A DNA stretch of 64,000 bases from Alphaproteobacteria bacterium (GCA_037131735.1 JBAXQM010000008.1:31678-95677), one strand, 5' to 3'. Counted from the first letter of the stretch, positions 20,186-31,423 are shown. Notes: generated by a model not told the origin, from the letters alone. Numbers and translations are program-made.

Positions 20186-22864
20186 TCACGCCTGACTGGC
20201 GACCTTTGCCCCAATGGCAGCCTGTGCAGCCGCAAGCCGTGCGATGGGCACGCGATAGGGCGAGCACGACACATAATCGAGACCCGCGCTTTCACAGAAA
20301 TGAATCGATGCCGGATCGCCGCCATGCTCGCCGCAAATGCCCAACTTGAGCGCAGGACGTGATTTACGTCCGCGTTCAGTTGCGAGCTTTACGAGTTCGC
20401 CTACACCGTCCTGATCGAGAGTCACAAACGGATCGGACGGCAACAAACCTCCGGCAGTATAAGTCCCCAAGAAGGATGACGCATCATCGCGGCTGATGCC
20501 GAGTGTGGTCTGCGTCAAATCATTCGTGCCGAAGGAGAAGAATTCAGCCGATTGCGCAATCTCTTCTGCGCGCAACGCCGCGCGCGGCAATTCAATCATC
20601 GTGCCGACTTGATAAGTGAATGTCGCGCCCGTTTCTTGTTTCACCGCTTCGGCCATCGCATCAATACGCGCTTTCACGAGATCAAGTTCGGGCTTCGCCA
20701 TGACAAGCGGCACCATCACTTCAGGAACAACAGCTTTTCCGGTTGTCTTTGCCGCTTCAACAGCCGCTTCAAAAATCGCGCGCGCCTGCATCTCGGCAAT
20801 TTCCGGATAGGCGACCGCAAGACGGCACCCGCGGAACCCAAGCATCGGATTGAATTCATGCAATTCAAGCGCACGCGCCCGCAGTTTATCCGGCGACGCA
20901 TTCATCGCTTTCGCCACTTCGGCAATTTCCTCATCCGTATGCGGCAAGAATTCATGCAAAGGCGGATCTAGCAACCGGATCGTGACCGGCAAGCCTGACA
21001 TGATGGTGAAGAGCTCGACAAAATCTTGTCTTTGCATCGGCAGCAATTTCGCAAGCGCGGCACGACGACCCTTTGTATCATCCGCCAAAATCATTTCACG
21101 CACAGCGACAATACGTTCCCCTTCAAAGAACATATGTTCGGTGCGGCACAGACCAATACCTTCAGCGCCGAAGCTGCGGGCGGTCTTAGCATCAAGCGGC
21201 GTCTCAGCATTGGTGCGCACTTTCATGCGCCGCTTGGCATCCGCCCAGCCCATCAAAATACCAAATTCGCCGGAGAGTTCAGGCTCGATCATCTTCACTT
21301 GACCGATCAAGACCTGACCCGTCGAGCCATCAATGGTGATGTGATCGCCTTTCTTGAGAACGGTACCGAGCGCTGTCACGGTGCCTGTGGCGAGATCAAC
21401 CTTCAATGTCCCCGCGCCAGAGACGCAAGGCTTGCCCATGCCGCGCGCGACAACCGCCGCATGAGATGTCATGCCGCCGCGTGCGGTAAGAATCCCTTCA
21501 GCCGCATGCATGCCATGAATATCTTCAGGACTCGTTTCAACCCGAACGAGAATAACTTTTTTACCAGCTGCTTTTGCGGCTTCCGCTTCATCACTATCGA
21601 GAACAATTTCGCCTGACGCCGCACCGGGTGACGCGGGCAAGCCCGTTGCCATCACTTTGCGTTCCGCCTTCGGATCAATGGTCGGATGGAGCAATTGATC
21701 AAGTGATGCGGGATCAATGCGCGCAATCGCTTCATCTTGCGTGATCAAGCCTTCATGCGCAAAATCAACGGCAATTTTAAGTGCCGCTTTCGCGGTGCGC
21801 TTGCCATTTCTCGTTTGCAGCATCCAGAGTTTGCCGCGTTCGATCGTGAACTCGACATCCTGCACATCGCGATAATGACCTTCGAGCAAGCCGCAGATGC
21901 GAATAAACTCCGCATAGGCTTCCGGCATTGCTTTTTCAAGTGAAGGCTTATCGGAACCCGCTGCGATGCGCGCCACTTCGGTAATGTCTTGCGGCGTGCG
22001 AATACCAGCAACAACATCCTCACCCTGCGCATTGATCAGAAACTCGCCATAGAGCGCTTTTTCACCCGTTGACGGATTACGCGTGAACGCGACACCCGTA
22101 GCTGATGACTCGCCAAGATTACCGAACACCATCGCTTGCACATTGACGGCAGTGCCCCAGCTCGCGGGGATATTGTGTAACTCGCGATATTTATTCGCGC
22201 GCGCATTCATCCATGACCCAAACACCGCGCCAATCGCGCCCCAAAGCTGTTCTTTGGGATCTTGCGGAAATGGTTTCCCCAATTCCGTTTCAACAGCTTT
22301 TTTATAATCTGCAACAACCGCTTTCCATTCGTCGGCAGAAAGGTCGGTGTCGAGTGTATAGTTTTTGCGATCTTTCAATGTCTCGAGAATGTCTTCAAAG
22401 ACATGATGATCAACACCGAGCACAACATCCGAATACATCTGGATGAAGCGGCGATAGGAGTCCCACGCAAAGCGCGCATCGCCTGCGCCTTTGGCAAGTG
22501 CTTCAACCGTGACATCATTCAAGCCCAGATTGAGCACGGTATCCATCATGCCCGGCATTGACGCGCGCGCGCCCGAGCGAACGGAAACAAGCAAGGGGTT
22601 TTCGCGATCACCAAAACCTTTGCTCGTCAACGCGCCGATATGATCAAGCGCCTTCGTGACTTCAGCTTCAAGTTCAGCCGGATAGGTCTTTCCGTGATCG
22701 TAATAATACGTGCAGACTTCGGTGGTGATGGTGAAGCCAGGGGGAACGGGCAATCCGAGATTGCTCATCTCAGCAAGATTGGCCCCTTTGCCGCCGAGCA
22801 GATTGCGCATCGTGGACTGCCCTTCGGCCCGTCCGTCTCCAAACGTATAGACCCACTTCGCCAT
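20186..22864 (-). CDS. ppdK: Pyruvate, phosphate dikinase
   Basis: Starts MAKWVYTFGDG…LLGGKGANLAEM. Catalytic-His region GGMTSHAAVVARGMG and a C-terminal PEP-utilizer CGEHGGDP. The ATG at 22864 is preceded by GAGGAA. The ORF track extends 20 codons further. Confidence 0.96.
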   Translation of the reverse strand: MAKWVYTFGDGRAEGQSTMRNLLGGKGANLAEMSNLGLPVPPGFTITTEVCTYYYDHGKTYPAELEAEVTKALDHIGALTSKGFGDRENPLLVSVRSGARASMPGMMDTVLNLGLNDVTVEALAKGAGDARFAWDSYRRFIQMYSDVVLGVDHHVFEDILETLKDRKNYTLDTDLSADEWKAVVADYKKAVETELGKPFPQDPKEQLWGAIGAVFGSWMNARANKYRELHNIPASWGTAVNVQAMVFGNLGESSATGVAFTRNPSTGEKALYGEFLINAQGEDVVAGIRTPQDITEVARIAAGSDKPSLEKAMPEAYAEFIRICGLLEGHYRDVQDVEFTIERGKLWMLQTRNGKRTAKAALKIAVDFAHEGLITQDEAIARIDPASLDQLLHPTIDPKAERKVMATGLPASPGAASGEIVLDSDEAEAAKAAGKKVILVRVETSPEDIHGMHAAEGILTARGGMTSHAAVVARGMGKPCVSGAGTLKVDLATGTVTALGTVLKKGDHITIDGSTGQVLIGQVKMIEPELSGEFGILMGWADAKRRMKVRTNAETPLDAKTARSFGAEGIGLCRTEHMFFEGERIVAVREMILADDTKGRRAALAKLLPMQRQDFVELFTIMSGLPVTIRLLDPPLHEFLPHTDEEIAEVAKAMNASPDKLRARALELHEFNPMLGFRGCRLAVAYPEIAEMQARAIFEAAVEAAKTTGKAVVPEVMVPLVMAKPELDLVKARIDAMAEAVKQETGATFTYQVGTMIELPRAALRAEEIAQSAEFFSFGTNDLTQTTLGISRDDASSFLGTYTAGGLLPSDPFVTLDQDGVGELVKLATERGRKSRPALKLGICGEHGGDPASIHFCESAGLDYVSCSPYRVPIARLAAAQAAIGAKVASQA

Positions 22865-23096
22865 CACGTGGTTCCTCTTCGCAAGTGCGAGATTGTGAAA
22901 GGTGCATGACGGATCAAGTCTCAAAAAGCAACATCGCCAGAAGGCTATATTCCCGGAAAAAGCGGGTCCAGCACTCGGATTAAAGACTAAAAGAACCTGG
23001 ATCGTGCGGCTGAATCACAAAAAGCCAGGACGATTTGCTCGCTTTGGCCCCTCAAAATCGCTATAGAGGCGGATAATCCAATAAGGCACCTTAATC

Positions 23097-24335
23097 ATGA
23101 CCAAGACCCGCACCGAACAAGGCCCTGAAGCGCGGAGTTTTTCGCCTGTGCTCATCGTGGCGTGCGGATGCCTGATCGGCCTCCTGACTTTCGGCCCTCG
23201 CTCCTCCATCGGCCTTTTTCAATTGCCGATGACGTCTGAATTCGGTTGGGGACGCGATGTGTTTTCCTTCGCGATTGCCATTCAGAATTTACTCTGGGGT
23301 GTCGGCCAGCCTTTTGCCGGCGCATTGGCTGATCGCTTTGGCACAATCAAAATGATTGTCCTCGGCGCGCTGCTTTACGCGGGTGGCCTCGTGTTGATGG
23401 CCTTCGGCTCGACGCAAGGCATGATCACAATGGGCGCGGGGGTAATGATCGGCCTCGGACTCTCGGGTGCATCATTCAATCTCATCCTCGGCGCCTTCGG
23501 AAAACTGCTTCCGGATAAATGGCGTGGTCTTGCATTTGGTGCGGGAACAGCGGCCGGATCTTTCGGTCAATTTTTGTTTCCGCCTATTGGCGCCGCACTC
23601 ATCGACTCAATCGGCTGGCATGAAACCGTATTGGTTTTCGCCGTGACGCTGCTTGCCGTTTTGCCTTTGTCGATTCCGCTCTCCACACGGGGACTATCAA
23701 AATCAACAGCGACGGGTGCGGGACAATCGATCAAACAAGCGCTCCGCGAAGCCTTCCAGCACAGAAGTTATGGGTTGCTCGTCCTTGGCTTTTTCACATG
23801 CGGGTTTCAATTGGCTTTCATCACCGCGCATATGCCGGCATATCTCAAAGATATCGGCATGCCCGCTTGGGTCGGCGGCTGGACGCTCGCCATTATTGGT
23901 CTTGCGAATGCGGTCGGCTCACTCTCTTCGGGTTGGCTCTCTGGGCGTATGCCAAAGCGTTATATTTTATCGATCATCTATTTCGGTCGTTCGCTTGCGG
24001 TGCTTGCCTTTATACTCATTCCTGCATCACCACTGACCGCCATGTTCTTTGGCCTCGTGATGGGATTATTCTGGCTCTCGACAGTGCCGCCCACGTCATC
24101 TCTCGTCGCGGTGATGTTCGGTACGCGTTATTTGGCAATGCTTTACGGCTTTGCCTTTTTCTCGCATCAAGTCGGCGGTTTTCTCGGCGTGTGGCTTGGC
24201 GGAATTCTTTATGAATCGACAGGCTCCTATCAAATCGTTTGGTGGCTGAGCATAGCGCTTGGTGTTACCTCTGCCGCCATCAATTTACCGATCAAAGAAA
24301 TAGCGGTCGTGCGAAACACTGCACAACCAGCATAG
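23097..24335 (+). CDS. MFS transporter
   Basis: 412 aa with about 12 hydrophobic helices and the MFS loop motif GALADRFG between TM2 and TM3. Confidence 0.85.
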   Translation: MTKTRTEQGPEARSFSPVLIVACGCLIGLLTFGPRSSIGLFQLPMTSEFGWGRDVFSFAIAIQNLLWGVGQPFAGALADRFGTIKMIVLGALLYAGGLVLMAFGSTQGMITMGAGVMIGLGLSGASFNLILGAFGKLLPDKWRGLAFGAGTAAGSFGQFLFPPIGAALIDSIGWHETVLVFAVTLLAVLPLSIPLSTRGLSKSTATGAGQSIKQALREAFQHRSYGLLVLGFFTCGFQLAFITAHMPAYLKDIGMPAWVGGWTLAIIGLANAVGSLSSGWLSGRMPKRYILSIIYFGRSLAVLAFILIPASPLTAMFFGLVMGLFWLSTVPPTSSLVAVMFGTRYLAMLYGFAFFSHQVGGFLGVWLGGILYESTGSYQIVWWLSIALGVTSAAINLPIKEIAVVRNTAQPA

Positions 24336-24385
24336 AACTTTTGTAAATCATGCCGCAGATAGGCGGCCTATATAAGGGGATGACA

Positions 24386-25372
24386 ATGTCTCAATTCAAA
24401 GCCGTCATGGTCACGAAAGATGAAGCCGGCGCGCAACATGTTGCTTGGACGACGATTGGTGAGGCCGATTTGATGGAGGGCGATGTCGTTGTGCGCATCA
24501 GCCATTCAACGATCAATTACAAAGACGGTCTCGTACTCTCGGCAAAATCAGCCGTGCCACGGAAATTTCCGATGATTGCCGGCATCGATTTTGCGGGCGT
24601 TGTTGAAAGCTCGTCGCATGCGAATTTTAAAAGCGGTGATGCGGTATTGCTGAACGGTTATGGATTGTCGGAAACTCATTTTGGCGGTTACGCGGAAAAG
24701 GCCCGAGTAAAAGGCGATTGGCTCGTTAAAATTCCTGCAGGCATGAGCGCGCATGATGTTATGGCGATTGGCACGGCAGGCTACACGGCAATGCTCTCTG
24801 TACTCGCGCTTGAAAAACATGGCCTCAAACCTTCTGACGGTGCGGCGATTGTCACAGGTGCCGCAGGCGGCGTCGGTTCCGTCGCCATCGCGCTTTTGAA
24901 AAAAGCCGGATGGCATGTGATCGCGTCAACAGGTCGTGTTGAAGAAGCGGATTATCTCAAAAAGCTTGGTGCTGCCGAAATCATCGACCGTAAAGAACTC
25001 TCAGAGCCCGGTCGTCCGCTCGGCAAAGAACGCTGGGTAGCCGGTGTTGATTCAGTCGGCTCGCATACGCTTGCTAATGTGTTGGCGCAGACAAAAACTC
25101 ATGGTGCGATTGCGGCCTGCGGCCTTGCCCAGAGCATGGATTTACCCACAAGCGTTGCGCCCTTCATCTTGCGCGGCGTGGCCTTGCTCGGCGTTGATAG
25201 TGTGATGTGCCCGATGGCACTGCGTCTTGAAGCGTGGAAAAGATTGGCAAGCGATCTTGATCGCAGCCTTCTCACATCGATCACGAAGACCATTCCCTTC
25301 GCGCAAGTGATCGATACGGCCGCAACAATTCTGAAGGGCCAAATTCGCGGTCGTGTTGTTGTCGAAATGTGA
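24386..25372 (+). CDS. YhdH/YhfP-family MDR oxidoreductase (acrylyl-CoA reductase-like)
   Basis: Starts MSQFKAVMV…SHSTINYKDGL. Nucleotide-binding VTGAAGGVGS and a C-terminal GQIRGRVVVE. Start chosen at the internal ATG 24386. Confidence 0.85.
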   Translation: MSQFKAVMVTKDEAGAQHVAWTTIGEADLMEGDVVVRISHSTINYKDGLVLSAKSAVPRKFPMIAGIDFAGVVESSSHANFKSGDAVLLNGYGLSETHFGGYAEKARVKGDWLVKIPAGMSAHDVMAIGTAGYTAMLSVLALEKHGLKPSDGAAIVTGAAGGVGSVAIALLKKAGWHVIASTGRVEEADYLKKLGAAEIIDRKELSEPGRPLGKERWVAGVDSVGSHTLANVLAQTKTHGAIAACGLAQSMDLPTSVAPFILRGVALLGVDSVMCPMALRLEAWKRLASDLDRSLLTSITKTIPFAQVIDTAATILKGQIRGRVVVEM

Positions 25373-25381
25373 GAATAGTGA

Positions 25382-26293
25382 CTAATGACCCGTGCCTTCA
25401 ATCAGCGGCTTGAGCTTCGAGAGCTCTCCTGCTGCCACATCGAGGAATGCGCGCACGCGCGGTGAAGCGCGCAGATCCGGATGAGTAAGCAACCAAAGTC
25501 CTGTTGCAAAATCCGGATTCGGATCACTTAAACGCACAAGCTTCTCGCGACGATCTGCGATGAGACAAGGCAAAGGCCCGATGCCGATGCCTTCTTCAAC
25601 CGCTTCAGTTAAACCAAGCACGGTGTTGATCTTGATCGCGATCTGCGCCTCAGGAACGCGCTCATGCACATAGCGCACCGCACGAATGTGACCGAGCTGA
25701 TCACCGAGCGACACCCAAACACGTGATGCAAGCGCGTTGAGTTCAGGATGATTGCCCTTAACGGCTTCCGGATACTCATTCTTCAACCCATAAATTGCCC
25801 AGTTCAATCCGCAAATGCGACGACCAACAAGAGTCTCCGGCGGATTATCCGTTGCACGAATGGCGATATCCGCATCGCGCTTTGACAGATTGAGCGGTTG
25901 ATTGGTCAGCACCACGTCAAGATTGATTGTCGGATAGGCACGACGAAACGAAGCAAAGACCGGCATCAACAAATACACAAGCAAAGTATCATTTGTCGTC
26001 ACACGCAATTCGCCAGTTGGAATCAGACTTTGCCCCGCCAATTTGCGCATGAAGGATTCAACATCATCATCCATGCGCGAAGCGAGCTGCGCCATTTCAT
26101 CGCCTGCCGGTGTCAGCGCATAGCCGGTGCGATGCCGCTCGAAGAGAACGGTACCAAGACGTTTTTCAAGATCGGTCAAGCGGCGAAATGCGGTTGAATG
26201 ATTGATGTTCAAAATTGCCGCCGCACCATTCAGCGAGCGCGTATCAGCAATCGCCTTCACCAAACGAAAATCATCCCAAGCGACGTGGTTCAT
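25382..26293 (-). CDS. LysR-family transcriptional regulator
   Basis: N-terminal wHTH (LVKAIADTRSLNGAAAILNINHSTAFRRLTDLEKRLG) followed by a substrate-binding domain. 303 aa. Confidence 0.9.
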   Translation of the reverse strand: MNHVAWDDFRLVKAIADTRSLNGAAAILNINHSTAFRRLTDLEKRLGTVLFERHRTGYALTPAGDEMAQLASRMDDDVESFMRKLAGQSLIPTGELRVTTNDTLLVYLLMPVFASFRRAYPTINLDVVLTNQPLNLSKRDADIAIRATDNPPETLVGRRICGLNWAIYGLKNEYPEAVKGNHPELNALASRVWVSLGDQLGHIRAVRYVHERVPEAQIAIKINTVLGLTEAVEEGIGIGPLPCLIADRREKLVRLSDPNPDFATGLWLLTHPDLRASPRVRAFLDVAAGELSKLKPLIEGTGH

Positions 26294-26377
26294 TTGCAGC
26301 CTTGCAAGAAAAAACTGATTTCACTGATATTGGATGTGCGCACTCGAAAGAGCAAGGGTGAAAATCGAGGAAGGCAC

Positions 26378-27364
26378 TCAGTTTCGGGGGGCTGCAGCCC
26401 GCTCAAGCCGGTCCCGCAAGGCTTCGCCCAATCCGAAATTAGGGAATGGGGCGACGGCAATGACGGTTGCCCCAGATAGATCAAGCATGCGGAGCGCAGA
26501 AAAAAGCGTCGCTGCCGCTTCTTTGAGATCACCACGAGGGCTCAAATTGATGCTGAGTTTTGCCGTTTCGAGGCCCTTGGGGCGAAAAGTTCCAAAGAGT
26601 AAAGCCGCCTCGCCCGCTTGAATTAGTTCAGCATCGAGCCGCACCCGCGCGTGCGGCGCATAATGTGATTTCAAAAGACCCGGCGCGAGCGGTGCGGACT
26701 CATCATCCGGCTCATGCATCACATCGGGTTCATATCCCAAAATCGCCGCAAGATCAGTGCGCGTAATTCCACCGGGTCGCAACAAAACAGCTCGATCACC
26801 AAGAAGCGAAAGGATCGTTGATTCAACTCCGACTTCCGCCGCCTCGCCCATCACTACCGCATCAATACGCCCCTCAAGATCATCAAGCACATGCTCTGCA
26901 AGCGATGGACTTACATGACCCGAACGATTGGCGGATGGCGCTGCAATCGGTCGCCCCGAGGCTTCAATAATTGCGCGCGCGGTTTGCGATGAGGGCACAC
27001 GCACCGCGATGCTTGAGAGGCCAGCGAGTGCCAAATCAGAAATTGGAGCATTTGCACGCTTTGGCAAAACAAGCGTCAAAGGGCCAGGCCAAAATTGGTG
27101 CGCAATCTTTTCCGCAAGCGGAGAGAACACCGCCAATTTTTCAGCATCATCAATCTGCGCAACATGGACGATCAAGGGATTGAAACGCGGGCGACCTTTC
27201 GCTTCATAGATACCGGCAACGGCTTCACCATTGCTCGCGTCAGCACCAAGCCCGTAAACCGTCTCTGTGGGAAAGGCCACGAGCCCGCCCTCACGCAAGA
27301 GCTTGCCCGCCGCAGCAAAGCCTGCGGAGTCTGCAGCCAAGCGACGTGTGACGCGGTCAGGCAT
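26378..27364 (-). CDS. tsaC: L-threonylcarbamoyladenylate synthase (Sua5/YwlC type, with C-terminal Sua5 domain)
   Basis: Contains FPTETVYGLGADA…KGRPRFNPLIVH…PGPLTLVL…VRVP…APSANRSG motifs. 328 aa. Confidence 0.9.
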   Translation of the reverse strand: MPDRVTRRLAADSAGFAAAGKLLREGGLVAFPTETVYGLGADASNGEAVAGIYEAKGRPRFNPLIVHVAQIDDAEKLAVFSPLAEKIAHQFWPGPLTLVLPKRANAPISDLALAGLSSIAVRVPSSQTARAIIEASGRPIAAPSANRSGHVSPSLAEHVLDDLEGRIDAVVMGEAAEVGVESTILSLLGDRAVLLRPGGITRTDLAAILGYEPDVMHEPDDESAPLAPGLLKSHYAPHARVRLDAELIQAGEAALLFGTFRPKGLETAKLSINLSPRGDLKEAAATLFSALRMLDLSGATVIAVAPFPNFGLGEALRDRLERAAAPRN

Positions 27365-27489
27365 AGAGCACCTCGAGAGAAATCTGGCCGTGCTTTAACG
27401 CTTTGCCCGCCAAAGGGCTACCGTGCATTTCCCACCTCCTTGGCTTAATGTGGTTTGGACCCTGCACTCGTCATCCCGGATTGCCTGCC

Positions 27490-29256
27490 ATGAGTTTCTC
27501 TGCCCCCGTTGCCGATATAGCCTATCTCGCCAAGCTTTTTGGATTGGATCAGCTTGAAGCAGATGGTCTTGCGCCCGAATTGGCTGATGGTCTTGCGGAG
27601 GCCGTGCTCGAAGAGGCCGGTAAATTCGCCACCGACCGGATCGCGCCCTTAAACCGCATTGGCGATACAATCGGCGCGCGTTTTGAAAACGGGCATGTGA
27701 CAACCGCGCCGGGTTGGACCGAGACCTATCGCGACTGGGCAGCGGGCGGGTGGAACGGTTTGACCGCTTCTGTTGATCATGGCGGCCAAGGCTTGCCGCA
27801 TCTCCTGCATCTTGCGTGTTCCGATATGTGGACCTCGGCATCGATGGCCTTCATGCTTGGCCCGATGCTGACATCTGGCGCAATTGATGCGCTCGCTGCG
27901 CATGGTTCAGAAAACTTAAAGCGCATCTATCTCGACAAGCTCATCTCCGGTGAATGGATGGGCACGATGAATTTGACCGAGCCGCAAGCGGGCTCAGATG
28001 TCGGCGCGTTGAAAACACGCGCTGAGCGCGCCGGCGATGGCTCCTACCGCATCACGGGACAAAAAATTTATATCACCTATGGCGAACACGATATGACGGA
28101 GAACATCATCCATCTCGTGCTCGCGCGTTTGCCGGATGCTCCACAAGGCTCACGCGGTATCTCACTGTTTCTTGTTCCCAAATTTATTGTCAGTGCGGAT
28201 GGATCACTCGGCGCGCGCAATGATGTGCGCTGCGCGGGACTTGAATCAAAACTCGGCATTCATGGCTCACCAACCTGCACCATGATCTATGGCGATGACG
28301 GCGGTGCGATTGGCTACCTCATTGGTGAAGAAAATCGCGGCCTCAATGCGATGTTCACAATGATGAATGCGGCGCGTCTCGGTGTGGGCTTGCAGGGTGT
28401 TGCCATTGGAGAACGCGCTTATCAATTGGCACTGACTTATGCGAAGGATCGCAAACAAGGCCGCGCGCTGAATACCAAGAGCGAAGGTTCAAGCGCCATC
28501 ATAGAACACGTTGATATTCGTCGTATGCTCATGCTCATGCGCGCGAAGACGGACGCGGCGCGTGCAGTCTGCTATATGACCGCCGCCGCAATTGACCGCG
28601 CGCATCGTGAAACGGATACAACGCGAAAGAAGTTGGCTGAAGAACGCGCGGCCCTTCTCACGCCCGTGGCTAAATCATGGTCCACCGATATCGGCATTGA
28701 CGTCGCCTCACTTGGTATTCAAATTCATGGCGGCATGGGCTTTATCGAATCCTCGGGCGCGGCCCAACATTTACGTGATGCACGTATTGCCGCGATTTAT
28801 GAAGGCACGAATGGCATTCAGGCTATTGATCTCGTAACGCGCAAAATTACTCTGTCTGATGGTGGCGCGATCAATGATCTAATCCGCGATTTGATGGATG
28901 TTCTCGACACGCTTGATGAGTCGAATCGAGAAGGTTTTGGCAATACGGGCGATCATTTGTCTGAAGCGCTTGGTGCCTTTGAACGTTCAAGCCTCTTCAT
29001 GATTGAAGCAGCGAAGAATAGACCCGCCGAGGCGCTTGCCGCCGCCACCGCCTATCAAACGCTGTTTGGCATAACACTCGGGGGCGTTGCTCTTGTGAAA
29101 GCCGCATTGGCCAACCATAGCGCATCAGCGACACGGCGCATCGCATTGGCCAAATTTTTTGCCGAACAAATTGCGCCGGAAACCAGCGGACTCGAAAAGA
29201 TTGTCAAAGACGCGGCGTCCGCTTTATCAACAATCGACACTGTCCTCGACGCCTGA
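27490..29256 (+). CDS. Acyl-CoA dehydrogenase (long form, ~588 aa)
   Basis: Contains MNLTEPQAGSD…KIYITYGEHD, GGMGFIESSGAAQHLRDARIAAIYEGTNGIQ, and an extra C-terminal helical domain. The ATG at 27490 was chosen over the upstream in-frame extension. Confidence 0.88.
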   Translation: MSFSAPVADIAYLAKLFGLDQLEADGLAPELADGLAEAVLEEAGKFATDRIAPLNRIGDTIGARFENGHVTTAPGWTETYRDWAAGGWNGLTASVDHGGQGLPHLLHLACSDMWTSASMAFMLGPMLTSGAIDALAAHGSENLKRIYLDKLISGEWMGTMNLTEPQAGSDVGALKTRAERAGDGSYRITGQKIYITYGEHDMTENIIHLVLARLPDAPQGSRGISLFLVPKFIVSADGSLGARNDVRCAGLESKLGIHGSPTCTMIYGDDGGAIGYLIGEENRGLNAMFTMMNAARLGVGLQGVAIGERAYQLALTYAKDRKQGRALNTKSEGSSAIIEHVDIRRMLMLMRAKTDAARAVCYMTAAAIDRAHRETDTTRKKLAEERAALLTPVAKSWSTDIGIDVASLGIQIHGGMGFIESSGAAQHLRDARIAAIYEGTNGIQAIDLVTRKITLSDGGAINDLIRDLMDVLDTLDESNREGFGNTGDHLSEALGAFERSSLFMIEAAKNRPAEALAAATAYQTLFGITLGGVALVKAALANHSASATRRIALAKFFAEQIAPETSGLEKIVKDAASALSTIDTVLDA

Positions 29257-29268
29257 GAATACAGAGCG

Positions 29269-29970
29269 ATGTGCGGACGATTTGCCCTCACCGTAACGCC
29301 TGCTGATGTGAAGGCGCTCTTCGGTTATGAAGACATGCCGAATTTTCCGCCGCGGCAGAATATTGCGCCAACAGACCCTGTTGCCGTTGTGACTTTTGAA
29401 AATGGCAAACGCCATTTTCGTTTAATGAGATGGGGTCTCATGCCGTCATGGGTGAAGGATACTGAAAATTTTCCGACACTCTTTAATGCGCGCAGTGAAA
29501 CATTCGCAACAAAACCCGCTTTTAGTTCAGCCGCACGCCATCGCCGTTGTCTCATTCCCGCCGATTGGTTTTATGAATGGGCGCATCAGGGCAAAGTAAA
29601 AATCCCTCATCGTATCATGCGCAAAGATCATAAAGTTTTTGCGATGGCCGGCCTATGGGAAACCTATATCCACCCCAATGGTTCAGAGATTGATACCGCA
29701 ACCATCGCCACGACCGATGCCAACGGGACGGTGAGCGCTTTGCACAACCGCATGCCCGTCATTCTTGATGAGAAGGATTTTTCAATCTGGCTTGAGGCTG
29801 AAATGAATCCACCCGAGAAAATTGTGCAGCTAATGAGACCTGCCGCTGATGATCTTCTTATGATCGAGGCCTTTGATCCGCGTCGAGGAAAAATCGAAGC
29901 GGATGAAGTGGTGGAGAAAAAGCTCCCGCGCAAAAAAGATAAATCCGATGGTCAAGCGAGTTTGTTTTAA
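29269..29970 (+). CDS. SOS response-associated peptidase (SRAP/YedK), abasic-site DNA-protein crosslinking
   Basis: Starts MCGRF with the catalytic Cys2. Also NIAPT…RWGL…FNARSET… and FYEW motifs. Confidence 0.9.
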   Translation: MCGRFALTVTPADVKALFGYEDMPNFPPRQNIAPTDPVAVVTFENGKRHFRLMRWGLMPSWVKDTENFPTLFNARSETFATKPAFSSAARHRRCLIPADWFYEWAHQGKVKIPHRIMRKDHKVFAMAGLWETYIHPNGSEIDTATIATTDANGTVSALHNRMPVILDEKDFSIWLEAEMNPPEKIVQLMRPAADDLLMIEAFDPRRGKIEADEVVEKKLPRKKDKSDGQASLF

Positions 29971-29995
29971 AGCGCAATACGCGCCGAAAAACCGA

Positions 29996-31420
29996 CTAAA
30001 GTATTTTACCCGGATTCATCCCGCCGTCTGGATCGATTACTGCTTTGATCTTGCGCATCATTTCAAGCGCCTGAGGATCTTTTGTGGCGGCCAGTTGTGA
30101 CCGCTTTACCTGACCAATGCCATGTTCCGCCGACACTGATCCCTTCATCGTTCCAACATGACGATAGACAATCGCATGAATAGGCTCGGCATGGGTCGCG
30201 TAAGTCTTTTCATCCATACCGACCGGCGCTTGCAAATTGAAATGAAGATTGCCATCGCCGACATGACCAAACACACAAGGCCGAATTCCGGGAAGCGTTA
30301 TTAAAAGCTCTGCGCACACGACATCGATGAACTCAGGAATATCCGCAAGCGGCACCGAGATATCATGCTTGATCGAGGGGCCCTCGCGCAATTGCGCTTC
30401 GGGAATGTTTTCCCGAATGGCCCAGAAACTTTCCCGCTGCGCGAGTGACTCGGAAATCACGGCGTCACTGACAATGTCAGCGTCAAGCGCTTCCTCGAGC
30501 AATGTTGCCGCAATCTCTTGCGCATCATCCGCCACAAAAGATGAAAATTCAGGCATCACGTACCACTCATGCGGTTCGGATAGAGGATCACGTAATCCCG
30601 GAATATGCTTTAACGCGAGGTCGATTGCGAAACGCGGCATCAGCTCGAAGGTTGTTAAAGACGGCCCCGCGCGATGCTTCAAATGTTTGAAAAGTTTGAA
30701 CGCATCACTTGGAGATTTCAGTCCACAAAAGGCAGCACTACGCGCACGCGGGAGAGGAAAAAGTTTAAGGCTCGCTGCGGTGATAACACCGAGTGTACCT
30801 TCCGCCCCCATAAAGAGCGATGCGAGATGATAACCCGTATTGTCTTTGCGCAACGTCGTGAGCGTGTTGAGAAGCGTTCCATCTGGCAAGACGATTTCAA
30901 GACCGAGCACAAGATCACGCATTGTCCCATAAACGAGCGCGGCCGTGCCACCCGCATTGGTCGCAATCGTCCCGCCCACCGTCGCCGTGCCTTCCGATGC
31001 AAGTGACAACGGAAAAAGCCGCCCCACTTCTTCGGCCTTTTCTTGAAGGGCAGCGAGTGTTGCGCCGGCCTCGACAATGACGGTATCGGAATCAGGATCG
31101 AGTGATCGAATGTGGTTCATCCGCTGGAACGATAAAAGAATTTCATCGCCACGTCCGAGCGGTACGCTGCCACCAACAAGACCTGTATTGCCGCCTTGCG
31201 GAACAACCGCGCAGTGATGCTCTTTTGCAAAACGCATCACCGCGATTACATCATCAGTTGATGCCGGACGCACCACACACAGCGCGCTGCCCGTATAGCG
31301 CTTGCGCCAATCCGTGAGATAGGGCGCCATCATCGCGTCATCAGTGATGACATGAGAGGCACCGATCAACGCCGATAATCCGGCAATCACTTTTTCGCGA
31401 TCAGGCATCATGCTGCTCAT
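29996..31420 (-). CDS. FAD-linked oxidase (GlcD / D-2-hydroxyacid dehydrogenase family)
   Basis: FAD-binding PCMH domain (VVPQGGNTGLVGGSVP) and a C-terminal SAEHGIG…DP.G.MNPGK. Confidence 0.88.
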   Translation of the reverse strand: MSSMMPDREKVIAGLSALIGASHVITDDAMMAPYLTDWRKRYTGSALCVVRPASTDDVIAVMRFAKEHHCAVVPQGGNTGLVGGSVPLGRGDEILLSFQRMNHIRSLDPDSDTVIVEAGATLAALQEKAEEVGRLFPLSLASEGTATVGGTIATNAGGTAALVYGTMRDLVLGLEIVLPDGTLLNTLTTLRKDNTGYHLASLFMGAEGTLGVITAASLKLFPLPRARSAAFCGLKSPSDAFKLFKHLKHRAGPSLTTFELMPRFAIDLALKHIPGLRDPLSEPHEWYVMPEFSSFVADDAQEIAATLLEEALDADIVSDAVISESLAQRESFWAIRENIPEAQLREGPSIKHDISVPLADIPEFIDVVCAELLITLPGIRPCVFGHVGDGNLHFNLQAPVGMDEKTYATHAEPIHAIVYRHVGTMKGSVSAEHGIGQVKRSQLAATKDPQALEMMRKIKAVIDPDGGMNPGKIL

Positions 31421-31423
31421 CCC